Shown piece by piece: positions 35,199 through 45,809 of a stretch of 64,000 bases of DNA. The notes beneath the pieces were generated by a model. That model saw nothing but the letters and a program-made list of their open reading frames with translations. It did no database searches and was not told the DNA's origin. Within the stretch, counting starts at the first letter, position 1; each line of letters opens with the position of its first letter. Both the position numbers and the translations under genes were made by a program. Origin of the DNA: an uncultured Chloroflexota bacterium (GTDB lineage: Bacteria > Chloroflexota > Chloroflexia > Thermomicrobiales > UBA6265). Location: positions 59-64,058 of the forward strand of contig CALMZR010000386.1 in the NCBI GenBank assembly GCA_937870845.1. Direction: 5' to 3'.

Positions 35199-35241
35199 GG
35201 GTCATGCCGAGGTACGAGAAATCTCGGTTCCTCGGAATGAC
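35199..35241. repeat. REP-like element copy forming a 12-bp hairpin downstream of the hbd-like gene
   Basis: GTCATGCCGAGG (35201-35212) and CCTCGGAATGAC (35230-35241) are inverted with one mismatch. Internal GTACGAGAAATCTCGG matches the family at 7760 and 56538. Confidence 0.6.
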
Positions 35242-35262
35242 TCGCTTTGGCGGGTGACCTCG

Positions 35263-36234
35263 TCACGAATTCGATCGGTCTTCGCCGGTGAGCCAACCCT
35301 CGCGCAGGTACTCGGGCTCGGGATGGCGGTAGAAGCCGCGCCCAGTCTTCTCTCCCAGCTCGCCTGCCGCCAGCTTCCGTCCCAGGACTGCCGAGGGCCG
35401 ATCCTCCGGGTCGGTCGCGACATTCTGGTACGAGGTCTCGATGTCGGAAACGACATCGAGCCCGACCATGTCCATGTTCCCGAAGGGACCGTACGGCGTG
35501 CCGAAATAGAGCATCCAGAGCCGATCGACGTCGGCCGGGTCGGCGTGCCCCTCGTCGACGACGCGCAGCGCCTCCCGCTTTACCGCCCGCCAGACGCGGT
35601 TGATGATGAATCCCTTGCTGTCGCCGCGCACGACCGCGACCACCAACCCCAGCGAGCGCCCGAAGCGCGCGACCGCCTCCATCACCTCCGGCCGCGTCGA
35701 TCCGCTCCCCATCAGCTCCACCATCGGCCGGCTCCAGATGGGGGCGAAGAAGTGCGTGTTGAGAAACCGCCCCGGATCCTCCACCGCGGAGGCGATCTGG
35801 CTGGACGGCAGCGACGAGGAGTTAGTCGTCAGGATCGCCTGTGGCGCCAGGCGCGACAGCTCCGAGAAGAGCGTCTTCTTGGTCTCCAGATCCTCGCGCA
35901 CGGCTTCGATGACGATGTCGGCTCCTGAAACGGCATCCGCCAGCGATTCCGCCGCGGTTATCCGCCCCAGCAGCCCATCGAGGTCGGCCGGCGGCCGAAT
36001 GGCGAATCGATGATGGGCATAGCGCGGCAGCTCGGGCAGCGTCCTCGTTTCGTCGGCAATGCGCTCTTTCGCCGCCGCCAGCATCCCCGCGTCCGCGTCC
36101 CAGATGCGAACCGATCTGCCGCTGGCGGCGATGAGCGCGGCGATCTGCCGCCCCATGGTCCCCGTGCCGATCACCGCCGCCGTCTGGATCTGGATTTCGA
36201 TTGCCCGTCCTTGCTCCCCGCCCGGCTCGCCCAC
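35263..36234 (-). CDS. 3-hydroxyacyl-CoA (3-hydroxybutyryl-CoA) dehydrogenase
   Basis: ORF 35263..36309; start moved to GTG 36234 (GAGGGAGGA 6 nt upstream). Reads AAVIGTGTMGRQIA (Rossmann), TNSSSLP, FFAPIW, and the C-terminal dimerisation domain. Confidence 0.85.
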   Translation of the reverse strand: MGEPGGEQGRAIEIQIQTAAVIGTGTMGRQIAALIAASGRSVRIWDADAGMLAAAKERIADETRTLPELPRYAHHRFAIRPPADLDGLLGRITAAESLADAVSGADIVIEAVREDLETKKTLFSELSRLAPQAILTTNSSSLPSSQIASAVEDPGRFLNTHFFAPIWSRPMVELMGSGSTRPEVMEAVARFGRSLGLVVAVVRGDSKGFIINRVWRAVKREALRVVDEGHADPADVDRLWMLYFGTPYGPFGNMDMVGLDVVSDIETSYQNVATDPEDRPSAVLGRKLAAGELGEKTGRGFYRHPEPEYLREGWLTGEDRSNS

Positions 36235-36332
36235 GATGCGTCCTCCCTCACGTTCCGCGTGCGCGAAGTCTGCCACGAAGGATTCGCGGCACGGCCATCC
36301 CGCCAACATTGGCCGCCGCGTATCGCCGGTGC

Positions 36333-36338
36333 TACCCT
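36333..36338 (+). promoter_or_regulatory. -10-like TACCCT (GGTGCTACCCT) only 6-9 nt before the ABC ATPase start: possible leaderless mRNA
   Basis: GTG 36345 / ATG 36348 follow directly, with no Shine-Dalgarno sequence in between. Confidence 0.3.
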
Positions 36339-36347
36339 CACAGCGTG

Positions 36348-37315
<968 letters not shown>

Positions 37316-37319
<4 letters not shown>

Positions 37320-38143
37320 ACGCAGCCGCCGTCCTTCGCATGACCGCGCGCGTCCTGCGCAGCGGCCTGCCGGGCCTGATCGCCCTTCTGCTCGGCATCG
37401 GCTTCTTCGAGTTCGTACAGCCGCTGGTGATCGCCTCGTTCGGCGGGGCTCGCGGGCTCGACGCGATCATGGACCGCATTCCCCCGGCGCTGCAGGCCTT
37501 CACCCGCACCCGGCCGGAGTTCCTGGCCCTCTCCGGGCTGGCCGGCTACCTCTCCCTTGGCTTCTCGCACCCGCTCTACATCGTCCTCGCCGGGGCGGCG
37601 GTGGTCGGCTTCGCCGCGCGCTCCCTGGCCGGAGAGATGGACCGCGGCATCATCCAGATTCCGCTGGCGCGTCCCATCTCGCGACCCGCGGTCTACGCTT
37701 CTCGCGTGCTGGGCGTCGGCATCATCAGTGCGCTGCTGGCGGTGGTCGGTCCTATCGGCATGGTGGCCGGTCTGCTCTACTCCCGGCCCGAAGGCGACTT
37801 CGTCTACGCCCACCTGGGGGCCACGACGCTCAATGGGCTGGCGCTCTTCTGGGCCGTCGGCGGCTTGACGCTCTGGGGCAGCGCCGCGGCCAGCACCGCC
37901 GGGCGCGTCGTCGGCTGGGCCATCGGATTGCTGGTGCTGTCGTACTTCGTGGACTACTTCGCCGGGGTCTGGGCGCCGCTGCAACGCATCGCGTTCCTCT
38001 CCCTCTTCGAGTACTACGAGCCGACGGAGGCGCTCGTCTCCGGCCGCGCCGACACCGCCAACCTGCTCACGCTCGCCGGCGTCGGCATTGTCGCCGCCGT
38101 CGCCGGGTTGGTCGTCTTCACCCGCCGCGACCTCCCGGCCTGA
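37316..38143 (+). CDS. ABC-2 type transporter permease
   Basis: C-terminal part of ORF 36560..38143. A GTG at 37316 overlaps the ATPase stop (GTGA). 275 aa with about 6 hydrophobic helices. Confidence 0.7.
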
Positions 38144-38150
38144 CACCGCC

Positions 38151-38828
<678 letters not shown>

Positions 38829-38834
38829 TGACGC

Positions 38835-38856
38835 GGGGGCGGCCGACGCCGCCCCC
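38835..38856. terminator. Bidirectional GC hairpin between convergent HAD and ilvD genes
   Basis: GGGGGCGGC (38835-38843), loop CGAC, GCCGCCCCC (38848-38856): a 9-bp perfect stem. Confidence 0.55.
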
Positions 38857-38888
38857 GATCACTACTCGCCGTCTCGCCGGCTTGCCGT

Positions 38889-40616
38889 CTACAGATCGAA
38901 GCCGATCCGCATCACCGCGCCGTTGTCCGCCTGCGTCACCAGCGCGGCATACTTGGCGAGCACGCCCGCGTCGTACTTCGGCGCCGGCGGCGTCCGGTTC
39001 GCCAACCGCCTGGCGATCTCTTCGTCGGAGAGATCGACGTCCAACCGCCGCTGCGCGACGTCGATGACGATCGTATCGCCCTCCCGCACCGCCGCCAGCG
39101 GCCCGCCGACGCCCGCCTCCGGCGCCACGTGGCCGATCATCAGCCCCTTGGTCGCCCCGCTGAAGCGGCCGTCGGTGATCAGCGCCACCGAATCGCCCAG
39201 CCCCTGCCCGACGATGGCGGCGGTGACGCCCAACATCTCCTGCATGCCGGGCCCGCCGACCGGCCCCTCGTAGCGGATGACGACGACGTCGCCGGGATTG
39301 ATCTCGCGGTTGAGCACCGCCTCGTGCGCCGCCGGCTCGGAGTCGAAGACGCGCGCCGGGCCACGGTGCTGCTCCCGCTCGTAGCCAAAGAGCTTGGTCA
39401 CCGCGCCGTTCGGGGCGATGTTGCCCTTCAGGATCACGAGACCGCCGCTCTCCTTGCACGGGTTGCCGAGCTGGCGCACCACGTCTTGGCCCGGCGTCTC
39501 CTTCGCCCGCGCCGCGGCCTCGGCGAACGTTTCCCCGGTGACGGTCATAGCGTCGTTGTGGACGTGCCCACCGTCGACCAGCCGCTTGGCGGCCACCGGC
39601 GTTCCCCCGGCCAGATCGAGGTCGAACGCGGCGTAGCGGCCACCCGGCATCAGGTCGCAGTAGAGCGGCGTGCGGCGCGAAATCTCGTCGAAATCGTCGA
39701 CGGTGAGTGGGATGCCCGTCTCCCGCGCCAGGGCGATCAGATGCAGCACGCTGTTGGTCGAGCCGCCGCTGGCGGCCACGCCGGCGATGGCGTTCTCGAA
39801 CGCCTCGCGGGTGAGGATGTCGCGGGGCAGGATGCCGCGGCTCAGCACGTCCATGATCTGCTGGCCGACCTCCTTGCCGACCGCGCTCTTGCGGGCGTCG
39901 ACGGCGGGCGGCGAGGCCGAGCCCATCGGCGAGAGCCCGATGAACTCCATCGCCATCGCCATGGTGTTGGCCGTGTACTGCCCGCCGCAGGCGCCGGCGC
40001 CGGGGCAGGCCGCGTTCTCCAGCTCGATGAGGTCTTCGTCGCTCATCTTGCCGGCGGCGTTCGCGCCGATCGCCTCGTAGACGGAGCGGATCGTCACTTC
40101 CTTGCCGTGGAAGCTGCCGGGCATGATCGAGCCGCTGTAGAGCAGGATGGTCGGGATGTTGACCCGCACCGCGGCCATGGCCAGCCCCGGCAGCGTCTTG
40201 TCGCAGGCCCCGATGCAGACCATGGCGTCGAACATGTGGCTGCGCGCCACCAGCTCGACCGAGTCGGCGATCACCTCGCGCGAGACGAGCGAGCCCTTCA
40301 TCCCCTCGGTCCCCATCGTCACGCCGTCGGAGATGGAAATCGTGTTCAACTCCTGCGGCGTGCCGCCGGCGGCGCGGATCCCTTCCTTGACGTGCTGGGC
40401 CAGGTCGCGCTGGTTGAGGTTGCACGGCATCGTCTCGATCCAGCAGTGGGCGACGCCGATGATGGGCCGCTTCAGATCCTCGTCGTCGAACCCGGTGCCT
40501 TTCAGCATGGCGCGGGCGCCGGCGCGGTCGTTGCCGTCGAGGATGACGCGGCTCTTGTGCCGCGGGTCGAACCCCGTGGCCGCCGTGGTTCCTGGCCGTT
40601 CGGTCGTGGTGCTCAA
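38889..40616 (-). CDS. ilvD: Dihydroxy-acid dehydratase
   Basis: ORF 38889..40763; start moved to TTG 40616 (GAGAGGAG upstream). Reads RAMLKGTGF...[10 protein letters not shown]...[13 protein letters not shown]...[11 protein letters not shown]. 575 aa. Confidence 0.95.
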   Translation of the reverse strand: MSTTTERPGTTAATGFDPRHKSRVILDGNDRAGARAMLKGTGFDDEDLKRPIIGVAHCWIETMPCNLNQRDLAQHVKEGIRAAGGTPQELNTISISDGVTMGTEGMKGSLVSREVIADSVELVARSHMFDAMVCIGACDKTLPGLAMAAVRVNIPTILLYSGSIMPGSFHGKEVTIRSVYEAIGANAAGKMSDEDLIELENAACPGAGACGGQYTANTMAMAMEFIGLSPMGSASPPAVDARKSAVGKEVGQQIMDVLSRGILPRDILTREAFENAIAGVAASGGSTNSVLHLIALARETGIPLTVDDFDEISRRTPLYCDLMPGGRYAAFDLDLAGGTPVAAKRLVDGGHVHNDAMTVTGETFAEAAARAKETPGQDVVRQLGNPCKESGGLVILKGNIAPNGAVTKLFGYEREQHRGPARVFDSEPAAHEAVLNREINPGDVVVIRYEGPVGGPGMQEMLGVTAAIVGQGLGDSVALITDGRFSGATKGLMIGHVAPEAGVGGPLAAVREGDTIVIDVAQRRLDVDLSDEEIARRLANRTPPAPKYDAGVLAKYAALVTQADNGAVMRIGFDL

Positions 40617-40833
40617 CGTGCCTAGCTCCTCTCGCGCGCTCGAACCCGCGTCCGCGATGTGGTGAGGCGGTTTGGCCGCGTCACCGCTTCGCCGTTTCCA
40701 GATGACGATAGTGTGAGTTTCCCCGGCGGGGACGGATCGTGCAAGTCGGGCCACGAGCGCCACGGCGTATCAGTCGGCATGCGATGACCGGCCGCTCCCC
40801 GGAGTGTGGCCCCGGGAGCGCGCTCGCTGGATT

Positions 40834-40870
40834 GGAAGATGCCAAAGATCCCAAAGATGCCGAAGATCTG
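40834..40870. repeat. 9-nt tandem array GGAAGATGC CAAAGATCC CAAAGATGC CGAAGATCT
   Basis: AAGAT recurs at 40836, 40845, 40854 and 40863 (period 9). Intergenic, upstream of ilvD on the minus strand. Confidence 0.75.
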
Positions 40871-40900
40871 GCGGGCAACCCCCGGCGACCGACGGCTCTC

Positions 40901-41218
40901 CTATGCCCGCCCCGGCCCCTCGCCGGGCGCCAGCCCGAGGTCGGCGATGGCCTGGGCAGTCTCGACGCGGGTCTGTGTCTCCTGATCGCGCAGCGCCGCG
41001 GCATCGCCCGTCTCGGCGCGGAAGCGGCGTATGAGGTCTTCTTCGGTGCGCGCCTGCGCTTCCAGCCCCGCGACCTTCACCTGGTCGATGCGGCGCTCGA
41101 CACTCTCGACGAACTCGTCGCCGCTCTGCGGCGCGACGAGCATCGCCACCGCGGCCCCGACCCCGGCCCCGAGCGCCCCGCCGACGATGAATGCGCCGAT
41201 TCTCCCTAGCGCGCCCAT
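40901..41218 (-). CDS. YtxH-like small membrane-associated protein
   Basis: ORF 40901..41368; start moved to ATG 41218 (AGGAGG upstream). Reads MGALGRIGAFIVGGALGAGVGAAVAMLVAPQSGDEF, then a charged helical region. Confidence 0.6.
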   Translation of the reverse strand: MGALGRIGAFIVGGALGAGVGAAVAMLVAPQSGDEFVESVERRIDQVKVAGLEAQARTEEDLIRRFRAETGDAAALRDQETQTRVETAQAIADLGLAPGEGPGRA

Positions 41219-41243
41219 GGCGACCTCCTGAAGGCGGATTCCA

Positions 41244-41777
41244 TCACCGCATGACCCGGCGCAGCAGTGAGCCAATGAACAGAACGACCACGCCGAACGC
41301 GGCCCCGAAGGCCGCCGCTCCGCGGGCGTCGAGCACCGGACGCACATGCTCGGACGGGGGGCCTGCATAAATGCCGATCTTCGCGTCGCCCTCGATCGTG
41401 GCCTCGTCAGCTTTCAGCGCCAAGACCCGGCCGCGCACGATCTTCGCCTCGCCGGTCGCCACCGCGACGGCCGATGAGTTGTAGAAGACGGCTTTCTCGC
41501 TGTTGAGGGCCAGGACGCCGGAGCGGTCGATCTGGGCGGAGCGGGCGTCAATGGACCGCGCTCCCGAGTTGGTGATGATGGCGCGCTGCGCCGTCACCTG
41601 CTCGGCCCCGGCGCGCTCCATGGAGACGACGTCCGCCTGCACATCGCCCGTCTCGGAGCGGAGCAGCTCGGTCGCCAGCGTCGGCCGGTTCTCCGGGACC
41701 GACTTGACGATGACTTCGGAACCTCCGCCGCTGCCTAGAGAATCGGTTTCAGCCATCATTCGCTCGCGCGTTCGCAC
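41244..41777 (-). CDS. Hypothetical protein, repetitive beta-rich region with C-terminal TM anchor
   Basis: ORF 41244..41777, 177 aa (start GTG 41777 or ATG 41759/41756). C-terminal AAAFGAAFGVVVLFIGSLL. I recognise no motif. Confidence 0.5.
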   Translation of the reverse strand: MRTRERMMAETDSLGSGGGSEVIVKSVPENRPTLATELLRSETGDVQADVVSMERAGAEQVTAQRAIITNSGARSIDARSAQIDRSGVLALNSEKAVFYNSSAVAVATGEAKIVRGRVLALKADEATIEGDAKIGIYAGPPSEHVRPVLDARGAAAFGAAFGVVVLFIGSLLRRVMR

Positions 41778-41807
41778 AGCCCATCAGGCGGCGAGTGTAG
41801 CACCGGC

Positions 41808-42734
41808 TCAGGCGTCGCCACCCGCGCGCAGCACCCGCACCAGCACCACGGTGAGCGCCAGGATCGCCAGCAGCAGCAGGAACGACGCCGCCGCGGATCG
41901 CCCCATGTCGAGGGTGGTAAAGGCGTTCTTCCAGATCGAGTACGAGATCGTCTCCGTGGCGCTCCCTGGCCCGCCGCGGGTCAGGATGTAGATCAGGTCG
42001 TACGTCTTCATGGCGGCGATGGTGCGGATCAGCACCGCCACCAGCAGCACCGGGGTGAGCAGCGGCAGCGTCACCGTCCACAGCGTCTGCCAGGCGTTCG
42101 CGCCGTCGACCGCCGCCGCCTCGATCGGATCGCGCGGCAGCGCCGTCAACCCGGCCAGGATGATGACGATCATCAGCGACGTCTCGTGCCACACGTCCAC
42201 GCCAATGATGGTCGGCATCGCCGTCGCCTGCCCGGACAGCCACTCCTGCTTCGGCAAGCCGAACAACCCCAGCGCCCAGTTCACCGCCCCCAGGTCCGCG
42301 TGCAGCAGCAGCCGCCAGATCAGTCCCACCGCGATCGGGCTGACCAGCAAAGGGATGAGCAAGATCGCCAGGTAGACGTTGCGAAACCGCAACCCCGGCT
42401 GGTTCAGCAGCAGCGACAATCCGAGCGCGATGACCAGCTCCAGCGCCACCACGCTGACCGCCAGCACGACGGTGTTTCGCGCCGCATTGGCGAACAGCTC
42501 GTCGCCCACCGTCCGCGCATAGTTCTCCAGCCCGGTGTAGGCGCCGATGCCCCCTTCGGTCAGATCGTACTCATGCGTCGAAACGTACAGCGCAAACGCC
42601 AGCGGAAACGCCACGACCAGCAGCAACGCCACGATCGTCGGCACGGTCATGCCGTAGCGGAAGAACCGGTCGGAACGGGGAGAGGGTGACAGGGTGTTGG
42701 GGTGTCGAGGTGTCGGGGCAATACGATGTCGCAT
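41808..42734 (-). CDS. Carbohydrate ABC transporter permease (MalF-type); start ATG 42734 or ATG 42650
   Basis: ORF 41808..42788. EAA loop PIEAAAVDGANAWQTLWTVTLPLL. ATG 42734 gives a basic cytoplasmic tail (positive-inside rule) but reads through the octamer array. ATG 42650 avoids the array. Confidence 0.8.
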   Translation of the reverse strand: MRHRIAPTPRHPNTLSPSPRSDRFFRYGMTVPTIVALLLVVAFPLAFALYVSTHEYDLTEGGIGAYTGLENYARTVGDELFANAARNTVVLAVSVVALELVIALGLSLLLNQPGLRFRNVYLAILLIPLLVSPIAVGLIWRLLLHADLGAVNWALGLFGLPKQEWLSGQATAMPTIIGVDVWHETSLMIVIILAGLTALPRDPIEAAAVDGANAWQTLWTVTLPLLTPVLLVAVLIRTIAAMKTYDLIYILTRGGPGSATETISYSIWKNAFTTLDMGRSAAASFLLLLAILALTVVLVRVLRAGGDA

Positions 42735-42840
42735 CCGTGGCGCGAGCAAGCCCGGCCGAATGGATCGTGGACTAAGTTCCCGGTTCACGAATCCCTACCC
42801 CTGTCACCCAGACACCCTGTCACCCTGCCACCCTGTCACA
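42684..42840. repeat. Foldback element: four GGTGnCnG octamers, 79-nt core, five inverted octamers
   Basis: GGTG at 42685, 42693, 42701 and 42709 (period 8). CACC at 42805, 42813, 42821 and 42829, plus CACA at 42837 (period 8). The right arm contains the binding-protein stop codon (42836-42838). Confidence 0.8.
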
Positions 42841-44206
42841 GCAGCTCCGCCAGCTCCGCCGCCGCCGCGTCCATCGCCTCTTGCGCCGTCGCGCCGCCGG
42901 CGACCGCTTCCGCCAGGTGGCGGCCGACGATTTCGACGAGCTGCGTCTGCTTGGTGACGGCCGGGAGGCCCTTCCCTTCCGTGATCATCGCCCCGGCCTG
43001 CGGCAACCAGGGGTATTTGGCCAAAATCTCCTCGTCCTCGTAGGGAGCCATCTGCGTCGGCAGGCTGCCGGCCAGCGCCCGGCGGCGCGCCACGTCGGGC
43101 GACTCCACCCAGCGCACGAACTCCCAGCCCGCGTCCGGGTTCGGCGAGCTGACGGGGATGCCCCAGCCCCAGGCTCCGCTCAGCCCCGTGCCGCCCGGCA
43201 TCACCACCGCCTTGTTCTTGCCCTGCGCCTCGGCCTCGTCGTCGCCGTCGACCACGGCCAGCATCCACATGAAGCTGACCGAGCTGAACGCGCGCCCCTG
43301 GCTGTAGACGGCGATCGAGTCATCGTAGTTGGCGCTGGCGGCGCCCGGCTGGGCCGCGTTGTTGACGCAGTCGACGTAGAGCTGCGCCGCGCGCACCCCC
43401 GTCTCGTCGTTGATCGTCGGCGCCGTCAGGTCGGCGTCGTAGTAGTCGCCGCCCGCGCTGTAGAGGAAGTTGCAGAACTCCATCACGATCGGGTCGACCT
43501 GCTGGGCCGTCATCGCCGCGCCATACAGCTCCTCGCCCTTCCACGCCGTGATCGCCGTCGCCAGCTCGACGTAGCCCGCGACGCTGTCGGGGATGGCCAG
43601 CTCCAGCCCGCTCGCCGCCTCGAACTCGGCCTTGAACGCCTCGTCGTTGAGCAGGTCGTCGCGGTAGATCAGGCCCATCGGGTAGGCGTAGAAGGGGACA
43701 TACCACGTCGTGCCGTCCGCCTGGGAGACAATGTCGAGCGTGGCCGGGATGTAGCGGCCGAGGTCGATCGCCCCGCCGGAGTCGGCGATCCGCTGACCGA
43801 GATCCTCGACCCAGCCGGAGCGCGCGAACTCGTACACCCAGTAGAAATCGACCTCCAGCACGTCGTAGGTGCCGTTGCCGGGGCCTGCGGCGAGCTGCGG
43901 CACCAGCTTCTCGTGCATGACGCCGTACCCGACCTTTTCGAAGTTGACCGTGATCCCGGTCAGCTCGGTGAACTCCGGCAGCATCTCCTCGATGATGGTC
44001 GTTTCCTGGAGATCCTCCATCAAGAGGTTGAGCGTCGTCCCCTCGTAGTCGCGAGAGAACGCGATCTCTTGCGCGCCCGCCCCCGACCCGAACCGCAGCC
44101 CGGACCCGAGCGCAATCCCCGCCGCCCCGGACGCCTGAAGCAACCGCCGCCGGTTGACCGGCGCTCGCAGACCTCGCTGCATCAGCCTGCTTATCCGCTT
44201 CGCCAT
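42836..44206 (-). CDS. Extracellular solute-binding protein of a sugar ABC transporter, Tat-type signal
   Basis: ORF 42836..44206, 456 aa, AGGAG upstream. Reads MAKRISRLMQRGLRAPVNRRRLLQASGAAGIALG. Confidence 0.85.
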   Translation of the reverse strand: MAKRISRLMQRGLRAPVNRRRLLQASGAAGIALGSGLRFGSGAGAQEIAFSRDYEGTTLNLLMEDLQETTIIEEMLPEFTELTGITVNFEKVGYGVMHEKLVPQLAAGPGNGTYDVLEVDFYWVYEFARSGWVEDLGQRIADSGGAIDLGRYIPATLDIVSQADGTTWYVPFYAYPMGLIYRDDLLNDEAFKAEFEAASGLELAIPDSVAGYVELATAITAWKGEELYGAAMTAQQVDPIVMEFCNFLYSAGGDYYDADLTAPTINDETGVRAAQLYVDCVNNAAQPGAASANYDDSIAVYSQGRAFSSVSFMWMLAVVDGDDEAEAQGKNKAVVMPGGTGLSGAWGWGIPVSSPNPDAGWEFVRWVESPDVARRRALAGSLPTQMAPYEDEEILAKYPWLPQAGAMITEGKGLPAVTKQTQLVEIVGRHLAEAVAGGATAQEAMDAAAAELAELL

Positions 44207-44257
44207 GGTTCACTCCTTTCTCGGGCCGCGACCACCGCGACCCCGCGTCGACTCGAC

Positions 44258-45145
44258 CTATTTCACCGCGCCGAACGTCAGCCCCCGCACCAGGAAGCGC
44301 TGGATCACCCACGTCAGCGCCACGATCGGCGCGATCATGGTGATCGTCGCCGCGCAGATGGCCCCGATCTGGTCCCCTTGCGACGACATCAATCCCGCCA
44401 GCGCCACCGGGAACGTCTTTGCGTTGCGTCCGGTGAGCACCAGCGCGAACAGGAACTCGTTCCACGACAGCACGAAGGCGAAGACCCCCGCCGCCAGCAT
44501 CCCCGGCAGCGATAGCGGAACTACGATCCGCCAGAACGCCCCGAGCCTGCCGCTGCCGTCGACTAGCGCCGCCTCCTCCAGCTCGCGCGGGATGCCCTGG
44601 AAAAAGCCGATGAGGATCCAGACCACGAACGGCAGGTTGAACGAGAGGTACACGAGCGCCAGCGCCCACCCCTTGTCGAGCAGCCCCGCCCGCTGCGCCA
44701 GCAAGTAGAACGGGATGATCAACGCCACCGGCGGCAGCATCTGCGTCCCCAGCACCGCCAGGCTGAACGGCTGCCCGCCCGTGCGGAAGCGAGCGATCGA
44801 ATACGCCGCCAGCGAGCCGACGGCGAGACTAAACGCCGCCGACGCCAGTCCGATCCAGAGCGAGTTCCAGAAATACTTGAGGAACGTCTCCTCGACGAAG
44901 ATCGTGGCGTAGTTGTCCAGCGTCGGCGTGAAGAGGAGGGTGGCCGGATCGTACGCGATGCGCCGCGTGGCGAACGACGTGCGCGCCGTCCACAGCACCG
45001 GCAGCAGGATCGCCAGGCACGCCGCGATGAGGACGACGTGCGTCAGCGCGGTTCCCAGTTGGAACCGGCGGCTTGTCCTGCTCGCGGCCGTTCGCGGCAC
45101 GGCAAACGGCGACGCACTTCCTGCCGTCACGTCCTCGGCTCTCAC
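44258..45145 (-). CDS. Carbohydrate ABC transporter permease (MalG-type)
   Basis: ORF 44258..45145, 295 aa (GTG start). EAA loop LEEAALVDGSGRLGAFWRIVVPLSLP. Confidence 0.85.
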   Translation of the reverse strand: MRAEDVTAGSASPFAVPRTAASRTSRRFQLGTALTHVVLIAACLAILLPVLWTARTSFATRRIAYDPATLLFTPTLDNYATIFVEETFLKYFWNSLWIGLASAAFSLAVGSLAAYSIARFRTGGQPFSLAVLGTQMLPPVALIIPFYLLAQRAGLLDKGWALALVYLSFNLPFVVWILIGFFQGIPRELEEAALVDGSGRLGAFWRIVVPLSLPGMLAAGVFAFVLSWNEFLFALVLTGRNAKTFPVALAGLMSSQGDQIGAICAATITMIAPIVALTWVIQRFLVRGLTFGAVK

Positions 45146-45180
45146 GATTGCGCCCCGCGCCTCTCGGTCTCGCGCGCCGA

Positions 45181-45209
45181 AGCCTATGAGGAAGGCCGGG
45201 GGTTGTCAA
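45181..45209 (-). promoter_or_regulatory. Putative promoter of the second sugar ABC operon (TTGACA-17-TAGGCT)
   Basis: On the minus strand: TTGACA (45209-45204), 17-nt spacer, TAGGCT (45186-45181). About 36 nt upstream of the GTG at 45145. Confidence 0.4.
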
Positions 45210-45244
45210 CGCTCACGCGGCTTCTGCGTCCAACCAGGGTCGAC

Positions 45245-45270
45245 CGTGGTACGACCCCAGCGTGGTACGT
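45245..45270. promoter_or_regulatory. Direct repeat CGTGGTACGA / CGTGGTACGT, 16 bp apart, upstream of the -35 box
   Basis: 45245-45254 and 45261-45270 match 9/10. Candidate regulator binding site. Confidence 0.3.
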
Positions 45271-45308
45271 CGTGTTGTTCACCTCTCATCGCGAATGCGG
45301 AGCAGTAC

Positions 45309-45800
45309 ATGGAGGTCACAGTCCAGCTTCCTGACGGAGTGAGCCAAGCCTTATCCGACTTGGCCGACAGGACGGGTCGTTCACCTGATGACTTGATCGC
45401 TGAGGCATTGCTCGACTACCCGGATCAGACAGCCATCGCGACCCCGATCTCATTTGGGATATACGCGGCTGCTGGCGAAGCTGGCGGACCCTACATCGTC
45501 CCGGCCGCGACGATCGGTGAACTCGCCTACCGCGGCCTACCTCGTCGAGGCGCGCAAGACGCTCCTGGTGTTGGAAGCATTCTTGCTCGACCTCGAAGCC
45601 AGACGTTATGACTTGGACTGCGGAGAGTTTGATTTCGCGCGAATCCGCCACTTGGTCCGACGCTACGCCGATCTCCGGCTCGGTTTGGTCGACGCCGCGG
45701 TCATCGCCTGCGCGGAGCGCCGTGGCGCCCGGTCTTGGCCCTTGACCGACGTCGCTTCGATGTCGTCGCCCGTGAGGCAACGATCGTGGTCCTGCCGTAG
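45309..45800 (+). pseudogene. Decayed vapBC-type toxin-antitoxin locus (RHH antitoxin N-terminus fused to a frameshifted PIN-domain remnant)
   Basis: Frame 1: MEVTVQLPDGVSQALSDLADRTGRSPDDLIAEALLDY (RHH) running into PYIVPAATIGELAY. Frame 2: LGLVDAAVIACAERRGA. Frame 3: VLALDRRRFDVVAREATIVVLP, stop at 45798-45800. The PIN N-terminal Asp region is missing. Confidence 0.6.
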
Positions 45801-45809
45801 CGCGGCAAC

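Noticed and set aside
42640-42658. GGCACGGTCATGCCGTAGC inside the permease gene resembles the 29651/29695 palindromes
   Set aside because: It lies in coding sequence (…RYGMTVPT…), is a weaker palindrome, and is plausibly a chance product of the GGC ATG ACC GTG CC codons.
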